Part shown: positions 18,989 through 29,398 of the stretch, piece by piece
How positions within the stretch are numbered: the stretch's first letter is position 1
Layout: each line of letters opens with the position of its first letter
Origin: an uncultured bacterium
Lineage (GTDB): Bacteria > Vulcanimicrobiota > CADAWZ01
Reading direction: 5' to 3'
Length of the DNA stretch: 64,000 nucleotides
NCBI GenBank assembly: GCA_902790465.1
Contig: CADASF010000008.1
Location: 981 to 64,980, forward strand
Notes under the pieces: generated by a model
Told to the model about the DNA's origin: nothing
Databases searched by the model: none
The model's input: only the letters and a program-made list of their open reading frames with translations
Program-made: the position numbers and the translations under genes

Positions 18989-19978
18989 TTATTTTTTCTT
19001 CTTATAAGCATTTAACACATTCGGAAATTCTTTAATAACCTCATCAAAAATATCTCTGTAAATTCCATTATATCTCTTAGAAAGATGTATAGGAAATAAC
19101 TTTTTCACATTGCCATGATTGGCAAATTTGCCTGCTTGTTGAGCTGTAAGATGATATGTATTTTGTGCTTTTTCCAAATCTTTACTCAAAAATGCACATT
19201 CACAATATAATTCATCACTATCTTTAATAAGTTCTATTCCATCACTAAATGTCTTATCTGTAAAAGCTGTGTCAACAACATAAGATATTTTTTTACCTTT
19301 TTCAAGATATAACAAATTTTCGGCAAGAAATTCTTCTGAATACAAAATTCCATTTCCAAAATCTATATCTTCGGAAAGTTTTTCATTATTTTCAACTTTT
19401 TTTATCAAATTACCAAGCCATGGTCCAGGCTTTATATTTAAATTTTCAAACAAACTCGAATTTACTTTCAAAAAATCATCTTCTTTTATAGAAAAAGCCA
19501 AAGATGGAATTTTATGATCCATGACTGTAGTATATACAGAATAACCATTTCCTTTTTTGATACATGGCTCAAATTCTTTTTCCTCTATATTTTCAATTTT
19601 AAAGGCATTTTTAGCTTTTAACAGTGTTGACTTAACTATAGGGGGAGAAATCTCAAAACACTTAAAATTTAGATTTAAATCATCACAGAGATTCCAAGAA
19701 TATCCAGACAATTTTCCAACTATTTGATTTATAAAATCTTTTGGTCCATAAAATTCAACTGTTTTATCTTGTTCTATACACATTCTAAGTAAATGATCAA
19801 ATCCCATAAAATGATCAAAATGTGTATGTGAAATAAAAACAGATGAAATCTTTTGTATTTCTCTCAATGTAAGACCAAACATATATCCACAGTCAAATAA
19901 AATTCTATCAGAAATATCATCAAATTCAATATATACAAGTGGATCCTGCATTAAGTCATTTACAACTTTTGCTTTCAT
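18989..19978 (-). CDS. MBL-fold metallo-hydrolase (RNase Z-like)
   Basis: HxHxDH motif (ISHTHFDHFMGFDH). Confidence 0.6.
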   Translation of the reverse strand: MKAKVVNDLMQDPLVYIEFDDISDRILFDCGYMFGLTLREIQKISSVFISHTHFDHFMGFDHLLRMCIEQDKTVEFYGPKDFINQIVGKLSGYSWNLCDDLNLNFKCFEISPPIVKSTLLKAKNAFKIENIEEKEFEPCIKKGNGYSVYTTVMDHKIPSLAFSIKEDDFLKVNSSLFENLNIKPGPWLGNLIKKVENNEKLSEDIDFGNGILYSEEFLAENLLYLEKGKKISYVVDTAFTDKTFSDGIELIKDSDELYCECAFLSKDLEKAQNTYHLTAQQAGKFANHGNVKKLFPIHLSKRYNGIYRDIFDEVIKEFPNVLNAYKKKK

Positions 19979-20003
19979 AAAATTTTCCCCTTACCTATTC
20001 TAT

Positions 20004-20489
20004 TTAAAACGAGACATGCTCTAAAGAAAATCCATTTTCATCAATAGTCAAAATACCATAAGATTTTTTTGAACCATTTCGAGGATATGAAAAACTCCCT
20101 GGATTAAAAAAAGATTTTCCATTAATCTCTTCTTTAAATGGCACATGAGTATGTCCAAAAATAATCAAAGAAGAATCATTAAAATCAGAATTTAATTCAC
20201 TTATAACTGAATCCCTTCTATATCTACCATGGCTCAATCCTATATTTAAACCATTTATTCTAAAAGATAGATAATCAGATAAACGCCTTCTAGTATCATG
20301 CATATCACAATTTCCAAAAACAGCAAATAGTGAAGTAATAGAAGAAAAAAGATCAACAGCATCTGAATCAGCCCAATCCCCTGCATGTATCATAAAATCA
20401 AACTTTTTAACAAGATCAAAAAGAAAATTTGGTATATCATTTGTTGAATACCAATGTGTATCAGAAATTATAAGTCCTCTAACTTTCAT
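20004..20489 (-). CDS. Metallophosphoesterase, YfcE/MJ0936 family
   Basis: Motifs SDTH, GDWAD, GNCD and GHTH in the canonical order; 161 aa. Confidence 0.7.
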   Translation of the reverse strand: MKVRGLIISDTHWYSTNDIPNFLFDLVKKFDFMIHAGDWADSDAVDLFSSITSLFAVFGNCDMHDTRRRLSDYLSFRINGLNIGLSHGRYRRDSVISELNSDFNDSSLIIFGHTHVPFKEEINGKSFFNPGSFSYPRNGSKKSYGILTIDENGFSLEHVSF

Positions 20490-20666
20490 TTTTTTAAATC
20501 TCCTAATTTTTATAATACTATATCACAAAGAAAAAATTTGTCAAAAATAAAGTTTAATTATCAAATTATAAAAAATAAATAGGAAAAATAAACGAATAAT
20601 AGAAATAATTTAAAGTTATAGAAAATTAACAAAAGCCTACTTTAAATAAATAAGAATTGAAAGGTA

Positions 20667-22271
20667 ATGCCTATTATGTCCGATAACAATACTCCACAGA
20701 ATCAATTCGGAAAAAGGAAGGATCTTGGGGTCATGCCAGATTTTCCACAAACTCTGAGGAATTCTGAATCTCAACCAAAACAAGATATAAGAATGTCTCG
20801 CAATCCAAACATTATCGACAACGGCTATAAACCGATGAATGAACAACAGTTTAATCATCAACAATATAATCAAATGCCAGTAACAATAGACAACTCTAAT
20901 AAATTTACAAATAGGCAATTTCAACAAGCAATACCAAACAAAATGATGAGCAATATTCAACCATTTTCATCTCCTCAACAACTACCGCCAATACCAGCAC
21001 AAATGCCTCAACAAGATTTATTTGTACAAATTGCTGAGATGAAAAAAATGATTGATGAGCTAAAAAATGATTCTTTAAAAAAAGATGAAGAAATAAGAGC
21101 TCTATTCAAAAATTCTGGAAAACTGTCACCTTCAATCGTAGGTCTTTCAAGAGATGACGATGATGAATTTCAGATATTTGCCCCAATTCCAATAAAATCA
21201 GAATTACAAGCGGAGTTACAAGACCTTTTAATTCTACAAGCACAGCACAATGGTTCTGATATGCATCTTAAAGTCGGCTCAGCTCCAATGATAAGAATAG
21301 AGGGCGAATTAGTTCCTGTAGGAGAAGAACCTTTAACTTCAACAGATTTAAGAAGATTGTTATTACCATTATTGACAAAAAAACAAAAAGAAAAATTAGT
21401 TCAAGATGGACAACTTGATTTTTCTTTCCAGAGAGAACAAGGAAGATTTAGAACAAATATATATCTTCAAAAAGGAACTCTTGCTGCAGCACTAAGACTT
21501 GTAAAAACAACAATTCCAACTCTTGAAGAGCTTGGAATACCAGAGTCAATAAACAAAGCCCTTTCATTTACAAGTGGATTATTTCTATTAACTGGTCCAA
21601 CAGGCAGTGGAAAATCGACATCTATGGCAGCTATGATAGAAAATTTAAATCAAAATGCAAAATATCATGTCATAACTCTCGAAGACCCTATTGAATATGT
21701 ATTCCAAGATAAAGAATCACTAATATCCCAAAGAGAAGTTGGAATAGATACAGTAAGTTATACTGAAGGAATGAAAGCTACTTTGAGACAAGACCCTGAT
21801 GTAATTCTTTTAGGAGAACTTAGAGACCGTGAGACAATAAGCCAAGCATTAAAAGCTGCTGAAACAGGACATCTTGTAATATCAACTCTTCACTCATCAA
21901 ATGCAATACAGACTATAAGTAGAATTATAGATATGTTCCAACCTTCTGAAAGAATGATTGTGTGTACATCTCTCGCAGCAACATTGTGTGGCATATTATC
22001 TCATAAGTTAATTCCTTCTATTGATATGGAAAGAAGAATTTTAGTTCCTGAATTGATGTATGTTACACCAACTATAGCCAGTTTGATAAGAACAAGTTCT
22101 TATCATGAAATATATCAATATATCCAAGAAGGAGCTTCTGATGGAATGATTACATTCAACCAATCATTCATAGAAAAACTAAGAGAAGGTTTAATATCAG
22201 AAGAAGCGGCAATGGCTTATGCAGAAGAGCCAAATGAGTTAAGTTTAATGATAAGAGAGCAATTAGGTTAA
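20667..22271 (+). CDS. PilT-like type IV pilus retraction/secretion ATPase with a ~180-aa Q/N/P-rich N-terminal extension
   Basis: Walker A GPTGSGKST, EDPIEY, SQREVG, LRQDPDVILLGELRD and AAETGHLVISTLHS. The start (20667 vs 20676) is uncertain. Confidence 0.75.
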   Translation: MPIMSDNNTPQNQFGKRKDLGVMPDFPQTLRNSESQPKQDIRMSRNPNIIDNGYKPMNEQQFNHQQYNQMPVTIDNSNKFTNRQFQQAIPNKMMSNIQPFSSPQQLPPIPAQMPQQDLFVQIAEMKKMIDELKNDSLKKDEEIRALFKNSGKLSPSIVGLSRDDDDEFQIFAPIPIKSELQAELQDLLILQAQHNGSDMHLKVGSAPMIRIEGELVPVGEEPLTSTDLRRLLLPLLTKKQKEKLVQDGQLDFSFQREQGRFRTNIYLQKGTLAAALRLVKTTIPTLEELGIPESINKALSFTSGLFLLTGPTGSGKSTSMAAMIENLNQNAKYHVITLEDPIEYVFQDKESLISQREVGIDTVSYTEGMKATLRQDPDVILLGELRDRETISQALKAAETGHLVISTLHSSNAIQTISRIIDMFQPSERMIVCTSLAATLCGILSHKLIPSIDMERRILVPELMYVTPTIASLIRTSSYHEIYQYIQEGASDGMITFNQSFIEKLREGLISEEAAMAYAEEPNELSLMIREQLG

Positions 22272-22284
22272 GGAGTAAAAAAAA

Positions 22285-23220
22285 ATGAGAAAACTTGCAG
22301 TAATCGCATTGGGAGGAAACTCTCTAATCAAAGATAAGACAAAACAATCTGTTCATGATCAATATTTGGCAGCTTATGAGTCCTGCGAACATATTGTTGA
22401 CATTATAGAAAGTGGATATAATGTTGTAATAACTCACGGAAATGGTCCACAAGTTGGATTTATACTTTTGAGATCAGAACTTGCAAGAAACAAAATACAT
22501 GAAGTACCACTTGATTCCTGTGGTGCAGATACTCAGGGAGCATTGGGATATAATTTTCAACAAGCTCTTTGGAATATAATGAAAAAAAGAGGAATAGACA
22601 AAACTGCAGTTACAGTCGTAACACAAGTTATTGTTGATAAAAATGATCCTGCTTTTCAAAATCCAACAAAACCTATTGGTTCTTTTTACTCAGCTGAAGA
22701 AGCAGAAGAAAGAAAGAAAACTGGTTGGATAATGACAGAAGATGCTGGAAGAGGATATAGAAGAGTTGTAGCTTCTCCATTGCCAAAAGAGATAGTGGAA
22801 GAAAAAGCAATAGAATCACTTATAGAAAAAGGATTTATTGTTATCTGTACAGGTGGTGGAGGAATCCCTGTCATCAAAAATGACAAAGGCGAATTAGAAG
22901 GTGTCCCTGCTGTCATAGATAAGGACTATGCCTCTGCACTTTTAGCAGGAAATATAAAAAGTGATGTTTTCATAATTTCAACAGCTGTTGAAAAAGTATA
23001 TCTAAATTTTGGAAAAGAAAATCAGCAAGCATTGGACAATGTAACTTTAGAAGATATTAAAAAATATCTCGCAGAAGGTCATTTCAAACCAGGTAGCATG
23101 CTTCCAAAGATAAAAGCTGCAATATCTTTCCTTGAAAATGGTGGAAAAGAAGTTATCATAACAGACCCTCCACACATAAAAGATGCTATTGACGGAAAGA
23201 CTGGAACACATATAAAATAA
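22285..23220 (+). CDS. arcC: Carbamate kinase
   Basis: MRKLAVIALGGNSL.., ITHGNGPQVG, and GGGGIPV; 311 aa. Confidence 0.85.
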   Translation: MRKLAVIALGGNSLIKDKTKQSVHDQYLAAYESCEHIVDIIESGYNVVITHGNGPQVGFILLRSELARNKIHEVPLDSCGADTQGALGYNFQQALWNIMKKRGIDKTAVTVVTQVIVDKNDPAFQNPTKPIGSFYSAEEAEERKKTGWIMTEDAGRGYRRVVASPLPKEIVEEKAIESLIEKGFIVICTGGGGIPVIKNDKGELEGVPAVIDKDYASALLAGNIKSDVFIISTAVEKVYLNFGKENQQALDNVTLEDIKKYLAEGHFKPGSMLPKIKAAISFLENGGKEVIITDPPHIKDAIDGKTGTHIK

Positions 23221-23262
23221 TAAAGTATAGTGAAAATCAATTTTTTTATAATCTTATACTAA

Positions 23263-23491
23263 GGGGCTGTGAAAAAATAAAATAATTTGTTATCTGCTTT
23301 CGCAAACTTTTTGGGGGCAAAGAGGAATTAACGGAAATCAATTTTTTAGTTCATAATAATTTTCAAAAATACTGTTATTAACATTGTAGCGTATTTTTGA
23401 AAATTATTTAACTGCAAAATTAATAACAAAAATTGATTTCCCTAAAAAGACACCGCACAAAAGTTGCTCATTTAAAGTTTTTTCACATCCC
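23263..23491. mobile_element. MITE-like element, family 2 (GGGGCTGTGAAAAAA / TTTTTTCACATCCC termini), carrying a nested family-1 element
   Basis: The outer inverted termini match the short copy at 48223-48276. The family-1 element occupies 23333-23441 inside it. Confidence 0.6.
23333..23441. mobile_element. MITE-like element, family 1, complete 109-bp copy
   Basis: GGAAATCAATTTTTT..AAAAATTGATTTCC. Both arms match the arms of 3736-4192 in inverted orientation. Confidence 0.65.
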
Positions 23492-23582
23492 ATTATGGGA
23501 GTTTAAAGCAAATTCTTATAGCTTTTATGTAAACCAAACGGAAGACTGGACAAAAGACAAAAAAGAATTATAGGGGGACAAA

Positions 23583-24827
23583 ATGAGTAGTGCCATTGGA
23601 TATAAATGTATGTCATGTGGATTCGAAAAAGAAATGACAGACAAAATAACTTATGTTTGTGAAAAATGCAATAGCAATTTAGAAATTGTATATGATTATT
23701 CAAAAATAAAAGAACAAGCCACAAAAAAATTCTTTGAAGAGAATAAAAATTACAATATGTTCAGGTATTTTCATTTTTATCCCCTTGAAGAAAAAACAAC
23801 AAGGTCTCCACTTCAAGTTGGTTGGACACCACTTTACAGGACAGAATCTCTCGGTAAAAAATATGGTTGTCCTAACTTATATATAAAAGATGAAGGAAAA
23901 AACCCAAGTGGCTCATTAAAAGACAGAGCAGGAAGCATCGCACTAGCTAAATCATTTGAATTCAAAGCAAAAAAAGTTGCTGGTGCCTCAACAGGAAATG
24001 CAGGTTCTTCAATGGCTTGTCTATGTGCAAGTGTAGGTATATCACCTATTATATTTGTTCCCAAAACAGCTCCTAAAGCCAAAATTGCACAACTTTTATT
24101 ATATGGTGCAAAAGTAATAGCAGTAAATGGTACTTATGATATGGCTTTTGACCTATGTCATGACATCTGTGAAAAATATGGCTGGTTTAACAGAAATACA
24201 GGTTACAATCCTTTCACAAGAGAAGGCAAAAAAAGCTGTTCCTTTGAAATATGTGAGCAATTAGGTTGGAAAGCTCCAGATTGGGTTGTAGTATCTGTGG
24301 GAGACGGAAATATAATAAGTGGAATATGGAAGGGATTTAAAGATTTATATAATGTAGGTCTTATAGATAAACTTCCAAAAATTTGTGCAGCACAATCCGA
24401 AAAAAGTAATGCTGTAGTAAAAAGTGTAAAGAATAGCACTCTTGAAAATATAAAAATAGAGACAATATCTGCTACAACCTTGGCTGATTCAATATCTGTC
24501 GATCTCCCAAGAGATGGAATAGGTGCTGTGAAAGCAGTACTTGAATCAAATGGAACTTGTGTTGAATTTAGTGATGAAAAAATACTTGAAGCACTAAAAG
24601 AAATATCTAGTATGACTGGAATTTTCACTGAACCAGCAGGTTCAGCTTCTATTGCTGGATTCAAAGAACTTGCAAAACAAGGTCTATTCAAAGAAGATGA
24701 AACAATAGTATGTATAGCAACTGGAAATGGACTAAAAGATGTTGACTCAGCAATGAAAGTAGCTGGAACTCCACATATAACAGAGCCTTCAGTAGAAGAA
24801 GCAATCAAAGTTATACAGGAATCTTAA
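23583..24827 (+). CDS. thrC: Threonine synthase (PLP-dependent) with N-terminal zinc-ribbon
   Basis: CxxC..CxxC N-terminus, PLP-lysine region SLKDRAG, and STGNAG. Confidence 0.8.
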   Translation: MSSAIGYKCMSCGFEKEMTDKITYVCEKCNSNLEIVYDYSKIKEQATKKFFEENKNYNMFRYFHFYPLEEKTTRSPLQVGWTPLYRTESLGKKYGCPNLYIKDEGKNPSGSLKDRAGSIALAKSFEFKAKKVAGASTGNAGSSMACLCASVGISPIIFVPKTAPKAKIAQLLLYGAKVIAVNGTYDMAFDLCHDICEKYGWFNRNTGYNPFTREGKKSCSFEICEQLGWKAPDWVVVSVGDGNIISGIWKGFKDLYNVGLIDKLPKICAAQSEKSNAVVKSVKNSTLENIKIETISATTLADSISVDLPRDGIGAVKAVLESNGTCVEFSDEKILEALKEISSMTGIFTEPAGSASIAGFKELAKQGLFKEDETIVCIATGNGLKDVDSAMKVAGTPHITEPSVEEAIKVIQES

Positions 24828-24842
24828 CGGAGTATTTCATTA

Positions 24843-25505
24843 ATGGATAACAAAAATATCGACGGAAATTCAAAAAACAAAGAAGAGATATTAAAAAATA
24901 AGCATATTGAGCATACCTATGAAAAAATCTTATCAAGTATAAGAGAACTTGGAAAAATATCTGTAAAAGATTATATAATAATAGGTCTTTTATCTCTTCT
25001 GATTATACTAAATATATCTGGTCAGATTTTTGGTGGATTTGGCAAAAAGGATATGAAAAGGATATCTGAGAGAGTTTCAAGATTGGAACGAAAAATATTA
25101 ACTCCTGAAGAGCTTGAAGGTATTGGTTCTGAAGATCTCGATAAACCCAATAAAAAAGAAGATAAACAGAAAAAAGATGTAATTGCAGAAGACAACACTG
25201 CTAAAATAAAGGAACTAAAAGAAAAAATAAAAAACGATACAACTGGAATAAATCAAGACAAAGTCAAAACATATTATGTAAGACCAGGTGATGCACTTGA
25301 GACAGTTGTATGGAAATGTTATAAAACAAAAGATCGCTCAACTGTTCAAGCATTGGGAGAATATAATAATCTAAATCCAGAACGACTTGAAATTTATGTA
25401 GATCAAGGACTTAAAGTTCCATTACTTCAAGATTTATACAAATGGTATGCACACCATAAAGAATTAAAAGAAGAACTAAAAAAATTATCGGAAAAAGAAA
25501 AATAA
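24843..25505 (+). CDS. Membrane-anchored protein with C-terminal LysM-like domain
   Basis: Single TM, a charged linker, then YYVRPGDALETVV..LNPERLEIYVDQGLKVP. Confidence 0.45.
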   Translation: MDNKNIDGNSKNKEEILKNKHIEHTYEKILSSIRELGKISVKDYIIIGLLSLLIILNISGQIFGGFGKKDMKRISERVSRLERKILTPEELEGIGSEDLDKPNKKEDKQKKDVIAEDNTAKIKELKEKIKNDTTGINQDKVKTYYVRPGDALETVVWKCYKTKDRSTVQALGEYNNLNPERLEIYVDQGLKVPLLQDLYKWYAHHKELKEELKKLSEKEK

Positions 25506-25507
25506 CA

Positions 25508-26314
25508 ATGTTAACCCACTTCAAAGAAATATTCAAATACAGAGAACTATTGATGACTTTTGTAAGTAAATCATTAAATGCAAGATACAAAGGCTCATTT
25601 CTTGGTTTTTTATGGACATTTATAAATCCATTAGCTCAATTAATTGTATATTCAGTGGTATTCAAATATATATTTAGAATCCAAGAACCTAATTATACAA
25701 TGTATCTATTCGTAGCCCTTGTTCCTTGGTCAGAATTTACATCTTCAATAAATGGCTCTTTAGTAGCTATAACAGGTAACTCTAATCTTGTGAAAAAAAT
25801 CTACTTTCCAAGACAACTTCTGCCACTATCAGTTTCTGTTACATATATAGTTGATTTTGTCTATTGTATTCCGATTCTTTTAATAGCAATGATATTGTCA
25901 AAACTAAATTTTACGACAAATTTACTCTTCTTTCCAATAATAATGCTAATTCAATTTATATATCAGACAGGAATATGTTATATAGTATCTGCCCTAAATG
26001 TAAAATTTAGAGATGTGAAACAAATTGTTGGCATAATAATAATGGCTTGGTTCTATGTAACCCCTATATTATATAAAATGAGTATGATTCCAAAAACTTT
26101 AAATTTATTTGGACATACAATAAATCCGCAATTTTGGTTTATATTAATAAACCCAATAGCAGCTGTAATATTATCTTACAGAGATGTTATGTTATATGGG
26201 AGATTACCAGATTTTACAGGTTTATCGATAGCTTTAATAGAAGGGGTAATCATTTTCACTTTAGGATATTTCATATTTAAATATTTTGAAAGAACATTTG
26301 CAGAGGATCTATAA
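25508..26314 (+). CDS. ABC-2 type polysaccharide/teichoic-acid exporter permease (Wzm/TagG-like)
   Basis: N-terminal YRELLMTFVSKSLNARYKGSFLGFLWTFINP and 6 predicted TMs. Confidence 0.75.
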   Translation: MLTHFKEIFKYRELLMTFVSKSLNARYKGSFLGFLWTFINPLAQLIVYSVVFKYIFRIQEPNYTMYLFVALVPWSEFTSSINGSLVAITGNSNLVKKIYFPRQLLPLSVSVTYIVDFVYCIPILLIAMILSKLNFTTNLLFFPIIMLIQFIYQTGICYIVSALNVKFRDVKQIVGIIIMAWFYVTPILYKMSMIPKTLNLFGHTINPQFWFILINPIAAVILSYRDVMLYGRLPDFTGLSIALIEGVIIFTLGYFIFKYFERTFAEDL

Positions 26315-26316
26315 AA

Positions 26317-27492
26317 ATGGAAGATAATGAAATCGCAATTGAAGTCAAAAATTTGTCAAAAGAATTCAAAATATTTAAAGACAAACCACTTACATTAAAA
26401 GAAAAACTTTTAATGCTCCGTTCTGATGCCTATACACAATTTAAAGTGTTAAAAGACATAAATTTAACAGTTAAAAAAGGCGAATCAATCGGTCTAATAG
26501 GACATAATGGATGTGGAAAAAGCACATTATTATCTCTAATAGCAGGCATAATGTATCCAAATGCAGGAAGTATAAAAGTTAATGGAAGGTTATCTTGCTT
26601 AATACAATTAGGAGCAGGATTCCATCCTGATTTTACAGGAAGAGAAAACATATATGTAAATGCAGCTATTTTTGGAATGAAGCGGAAAGATGTTGACAAA
26701 AATCTAGATTCAATAATAGATTTTTCTGAAATAAGAGAATTTATTGACAATCCAATAAGAACATATTCTTCAGGAATGTATCTAAAATTAGCATTTTCTG
26801 TTGCAATTCACATAAATCCCGAAATATTGTTGATTGATGAAATTCTTGCAGTTGGTGATACGAACTTTCAAAAAAAATGTTTTGCAAAAATGAGAGAATT
26901 TAAAAGAAAGAAAGTAACCATCGTTCTTGTATCTCACAATCTTAGTTCTGTTTCAGAATTTTGTGACAGATGTATATGGCTTCAAGATGGAATCATAAAA
27001 AGAGATGGAAAGTCAAAAGAAGTTATTGAACAATATTTGTCATTTATGTCAGGAAAACAAGTCAAATCAAATGAACCTGAAGAAAAATATACAAATGAAG
27101 CTATAATACTTGATTTCCAAATAAACGATGACAATAATAAATCAATTATAGGAAAAGATATAAAAAGCGGTATTTCAATTCATCCAACTATAACAATAAA
27201 AAAAATAAAAGAAGATGGAAAAATAAAAGCTGAAATACTATTTTTAACAGCAGATAACCAACTTATATCAGTTATTGACAGTGGATTTATAGAATTAAAA
27301 AAAGATGAAACAGCAACACTAAATTTTAATGTAAAATCTATCCCATTTAACACTGGAAGATATAATATAAAATCTGTTCTAAAAAGAGAAGATGGAATAG
27401 AATGTTGTAAACACCAAGAATCTAATATAACAATCCAGGCAGATTATGAAAATATAGGTATTTTCAATTTAGATTTTACTTGTAAAAAATAG
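26317..27492 (+). CDS. ABC exporter ATP-binding protein (Wzt/TagH-like) with C-terminal extra domain
   Basis: Walker A GHNGCGKST, signature SSGMYLKLAF, Walker B LLIDE, plus a ~150-aa C-terminal domain. Confidence 0.8.
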   Translation: MEDNEIAIEVKNLSKEFKIFKDKPLTLKEKLLMLRSDAYTQFKVLKDINLTVKKGESIGLIGHNGCGKSTLLSLIAGIMYPNAGSIKVNGRLSCLIQLGAGFHPDFTGRENIYVNAAIFGMKRKDVDKNLDSIIDFSEIREFIDNPIRTYSSGMYLKLAFSVAIHINPEILLIDEILAVGDTNFQKKCFAKMREFKRKKVTIVLVSHNLSSVSEFCDRCIWLQDGIIKRDGKSKEVIEQYLSFMSGKQVKSNEPEEKYTNEAIILDFQINDDNNKSIIGKDIKSGISIHPTITIKKIKEDGKIKAEILFLTADNQLISVIDSGFIELKKDETATLNFNVKSIPFNTGRYNIKSVLKREDGIECCKHQESNITIQADYENIGIFNLDFTCKK

Positions 27493-27564
27493 ATTAAAGT
27501 GAAAATAAAGGATTTCTTTTAATTATAAAAGAATTGTCAAAAATCAAAAAAATGGAGTTTATAA

Positions 27565-28086
27565 ATGTCAACAAATATTAATTACAAACTGATTTCGGAA
27601 GAAATCAACCAAATATTAAGTGGACTATATGGAATATACATATCTGACGGAAGACCTACTAAAAAAGGTGGACTCAGATTTTTAGATGTAAAAAGCAACA
27701 AAACATTTGGTTTCGAAAAAACTCGTGAAACAACAAATGGAAATCTTCTTGTATTTAGTGCACCATACTATTTTCCACTTGAAAATACTGAAATCAAAGA
27801 AAAACTTGAAAATGAATTGAAAAAAAGTAAGCACAGTGAGCAAATATTTGAAATATGGGTTCGTGCAAGTAGAGATAAGGGAAAAGAAAACAAAAATTTC
27901 GTTGAAGTAAAGTATAATATTCCAACTGAAGAGCTTTTGTCAGATGAAAATATCACAAAATATGCAAAAGAACATAATATGACAAACTCTAAAATGATAA
28001 TAAAATACATACTTAAAGATTATGTAGCACCTTTTGCAAAAGACGAGATGGATCATCTAATTGATACCATAAGAAACTTAGGATAA
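27565..28086 (+). CDS. Hypothetical protein (173 aa)
   Basis: Intact ORF with SD-like GGAG. No family recognised. Confidence 0.4.
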   Translation: MSTNINYKLISEEINQILSGLYGIYISDGRPTKKGGLRFLDVKSNKTFGFEKTRETTNGNLLVFSAPYYFPLENTEIKEKLENELKKSKHSEQIFEIWVRASRDKGKENKNFVEVKYNIPTEELLSDENITKYAKEHNMTNSKMIIKYILKDYVAPFAKDEMDHLIDTIRNLG

Positions 28087-28147
28087 GCTATTTAAATTTT
28101 TGTTTTCTAAAAAGAGTAAAGACAAAGAACCTTGAAAGGATAAAAAA

Positions 28148-29335
28148 ATGAAGATACTTGTATTAAACAGTGGTAGTTCTTCTGTAAAATATCAACTATT
28201 TGATATGACAGACGAATCAGTAATAGCCAAAGGAATCGTTGAAGAAGTCGGTTCTGACAATGCAATAGTAACATATAAACCAACAGGCAAAAAAGAAGTA
28301 AAAGCACATACAAAAATAGAAGACCATAAACAGGCATTAAAATGGATCATTGATTCACTTTTAGACCCTGAAAATGGAGTTGTAAAAGATGTAAATGAAA
28401 TTGCAGGAGTAGGAAACAGAGCCGTTCACGGTGGAAAAATTTCTGAATCCAAAATTGCTACAAAAGACATTGTAGAATATATGGAAACAGAAGGAGCTAA
28501 ACTTGCTCCACTACACAATATACCAAATATTCTCGGAGTAAAAGCAGCGGAAGAAAGACTTCCAAATGCTGTACAAACTCTCGTATTTGATACTGCATTC
28601 CATCATGATATGCCAGCTGTTGCATATATGTATCCAATTCCTTATGAAAACTATGAAAAACATGCAGTTAGAAAATATGGTTTCCACGGTACATCTCACA
28701 AATATGTTGCACACAAAGCAGCAGAATATTTGGGCAAACCAATAGAAGAACTCAAAATAATAACTTGTCATCTTGGAAATGGTGCTTCTGTAGCAGCAGT
28801 CAAAAATGGAAAGAGCATAGATACATCAATGGGATTCACTCCATTGGAAGGTCTAATGATGGGAACTCGCTGTGGTGATATTGATGCTTCAATTCCTCTA
28901 TTCTTAATGGAAGAAAACAATATGACAGCAAAAGAGATGACAACATATCTCAACAAACAATGTGGTCTCAAAGGCATCACTGGTGGTCCAAGCGATATGA
29001 GAGCAGTAGAAAAAGGTTGGCAAGAAGGCGATGAAAAATTAGCTCTTGCTTTTGAAATGTTCTTCTACAGAGTAAAAAAATATATTGGTTCTTATGCTTT
29101 TGTACTCGGTGGAATAGATGCAATCGTTTTCACAGGTGGAATTGGTGAACACTCTCCAGACGGAAGAAAAATTGCATTATCAGATTTAAGCAATTTTGGA
29201 ATTGAAATAGATGAAAAAGCAAATAAAGAAAATGCTTTTGACATAGGGACAGGAAAAGTAAAAATTCTTGTTATTCCAACAAATGAAGAACTTGCAATAG
29301 CAAGAGAAACTGTAGAACTTATAAATAAAAAATAA
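28148..29335 (+). CDS. ackA: Acetate kinase
   Basis: MKILVLNSGSSSVKYQLF, HRAVHGG-like NRAVHGG, GFHGTSH, and ITCHLGNGASV. Confidence 0.9.
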   Translation: MKILVLNSGSSSVKYQLFDMTDESVIAKGIVEEVGSDNAIVTYKPTGKKEVKAHTKIEDHKQALKWIIDSLLDPENGVVKDVNEIAGVGNRAVHGGKISESKIATKDIVEYMETEGAKLAPLHNIPNILGVKAAEERLPNAVQTLVFDTAFHHDMPAVAYMYPIPYENYEKHAVRKYGFHGTSHKYVAHKAAEYLGKPIEELKIITCHLGNGASVAAVKNGKSIDTSMGFTPLEGLMMGTRCGDIDASIPLFLMEENNMTAKEMTTYLNKQCGLKGITGGPSDMRAVEKGWQEGDEKLALAFEMFFYRVKKYIGSYAFVLGGIDAIVFTGGIGEHSPDGRKIALSDLSNFGIEIDEKANKENAFDIGTGKVKILVIPTNEELAIARETVELINKK

Positions 29336-29398
29336 GTAAATTTAATATAAAAAGCAATTTTCAAAATTGCCTTTAACAAGAACTTTTACAGAAGAGAA

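Noticed and set aside
24203-24808. Long antisense ORFs in the supplied track. Examples: 24203-24808 (-) in thrC, 12002-12274 (-) in fliN, and 4612-5010 (+) in the protease gene. Others: 52534-52995 (+) in the LRR gene, 49445-49795 (-), 38589-38930 (-), 43236-43592 (-), 44118-44825 (-), 35771-36007 (-), 20637-20960 (-), and 62606-62890 (-).
   Set aside because: Each lies entirely inside a gene on the opposite strand that has clear family signatures. Their products are low-complexity and lack SD sequences. They are shadow ORFs.
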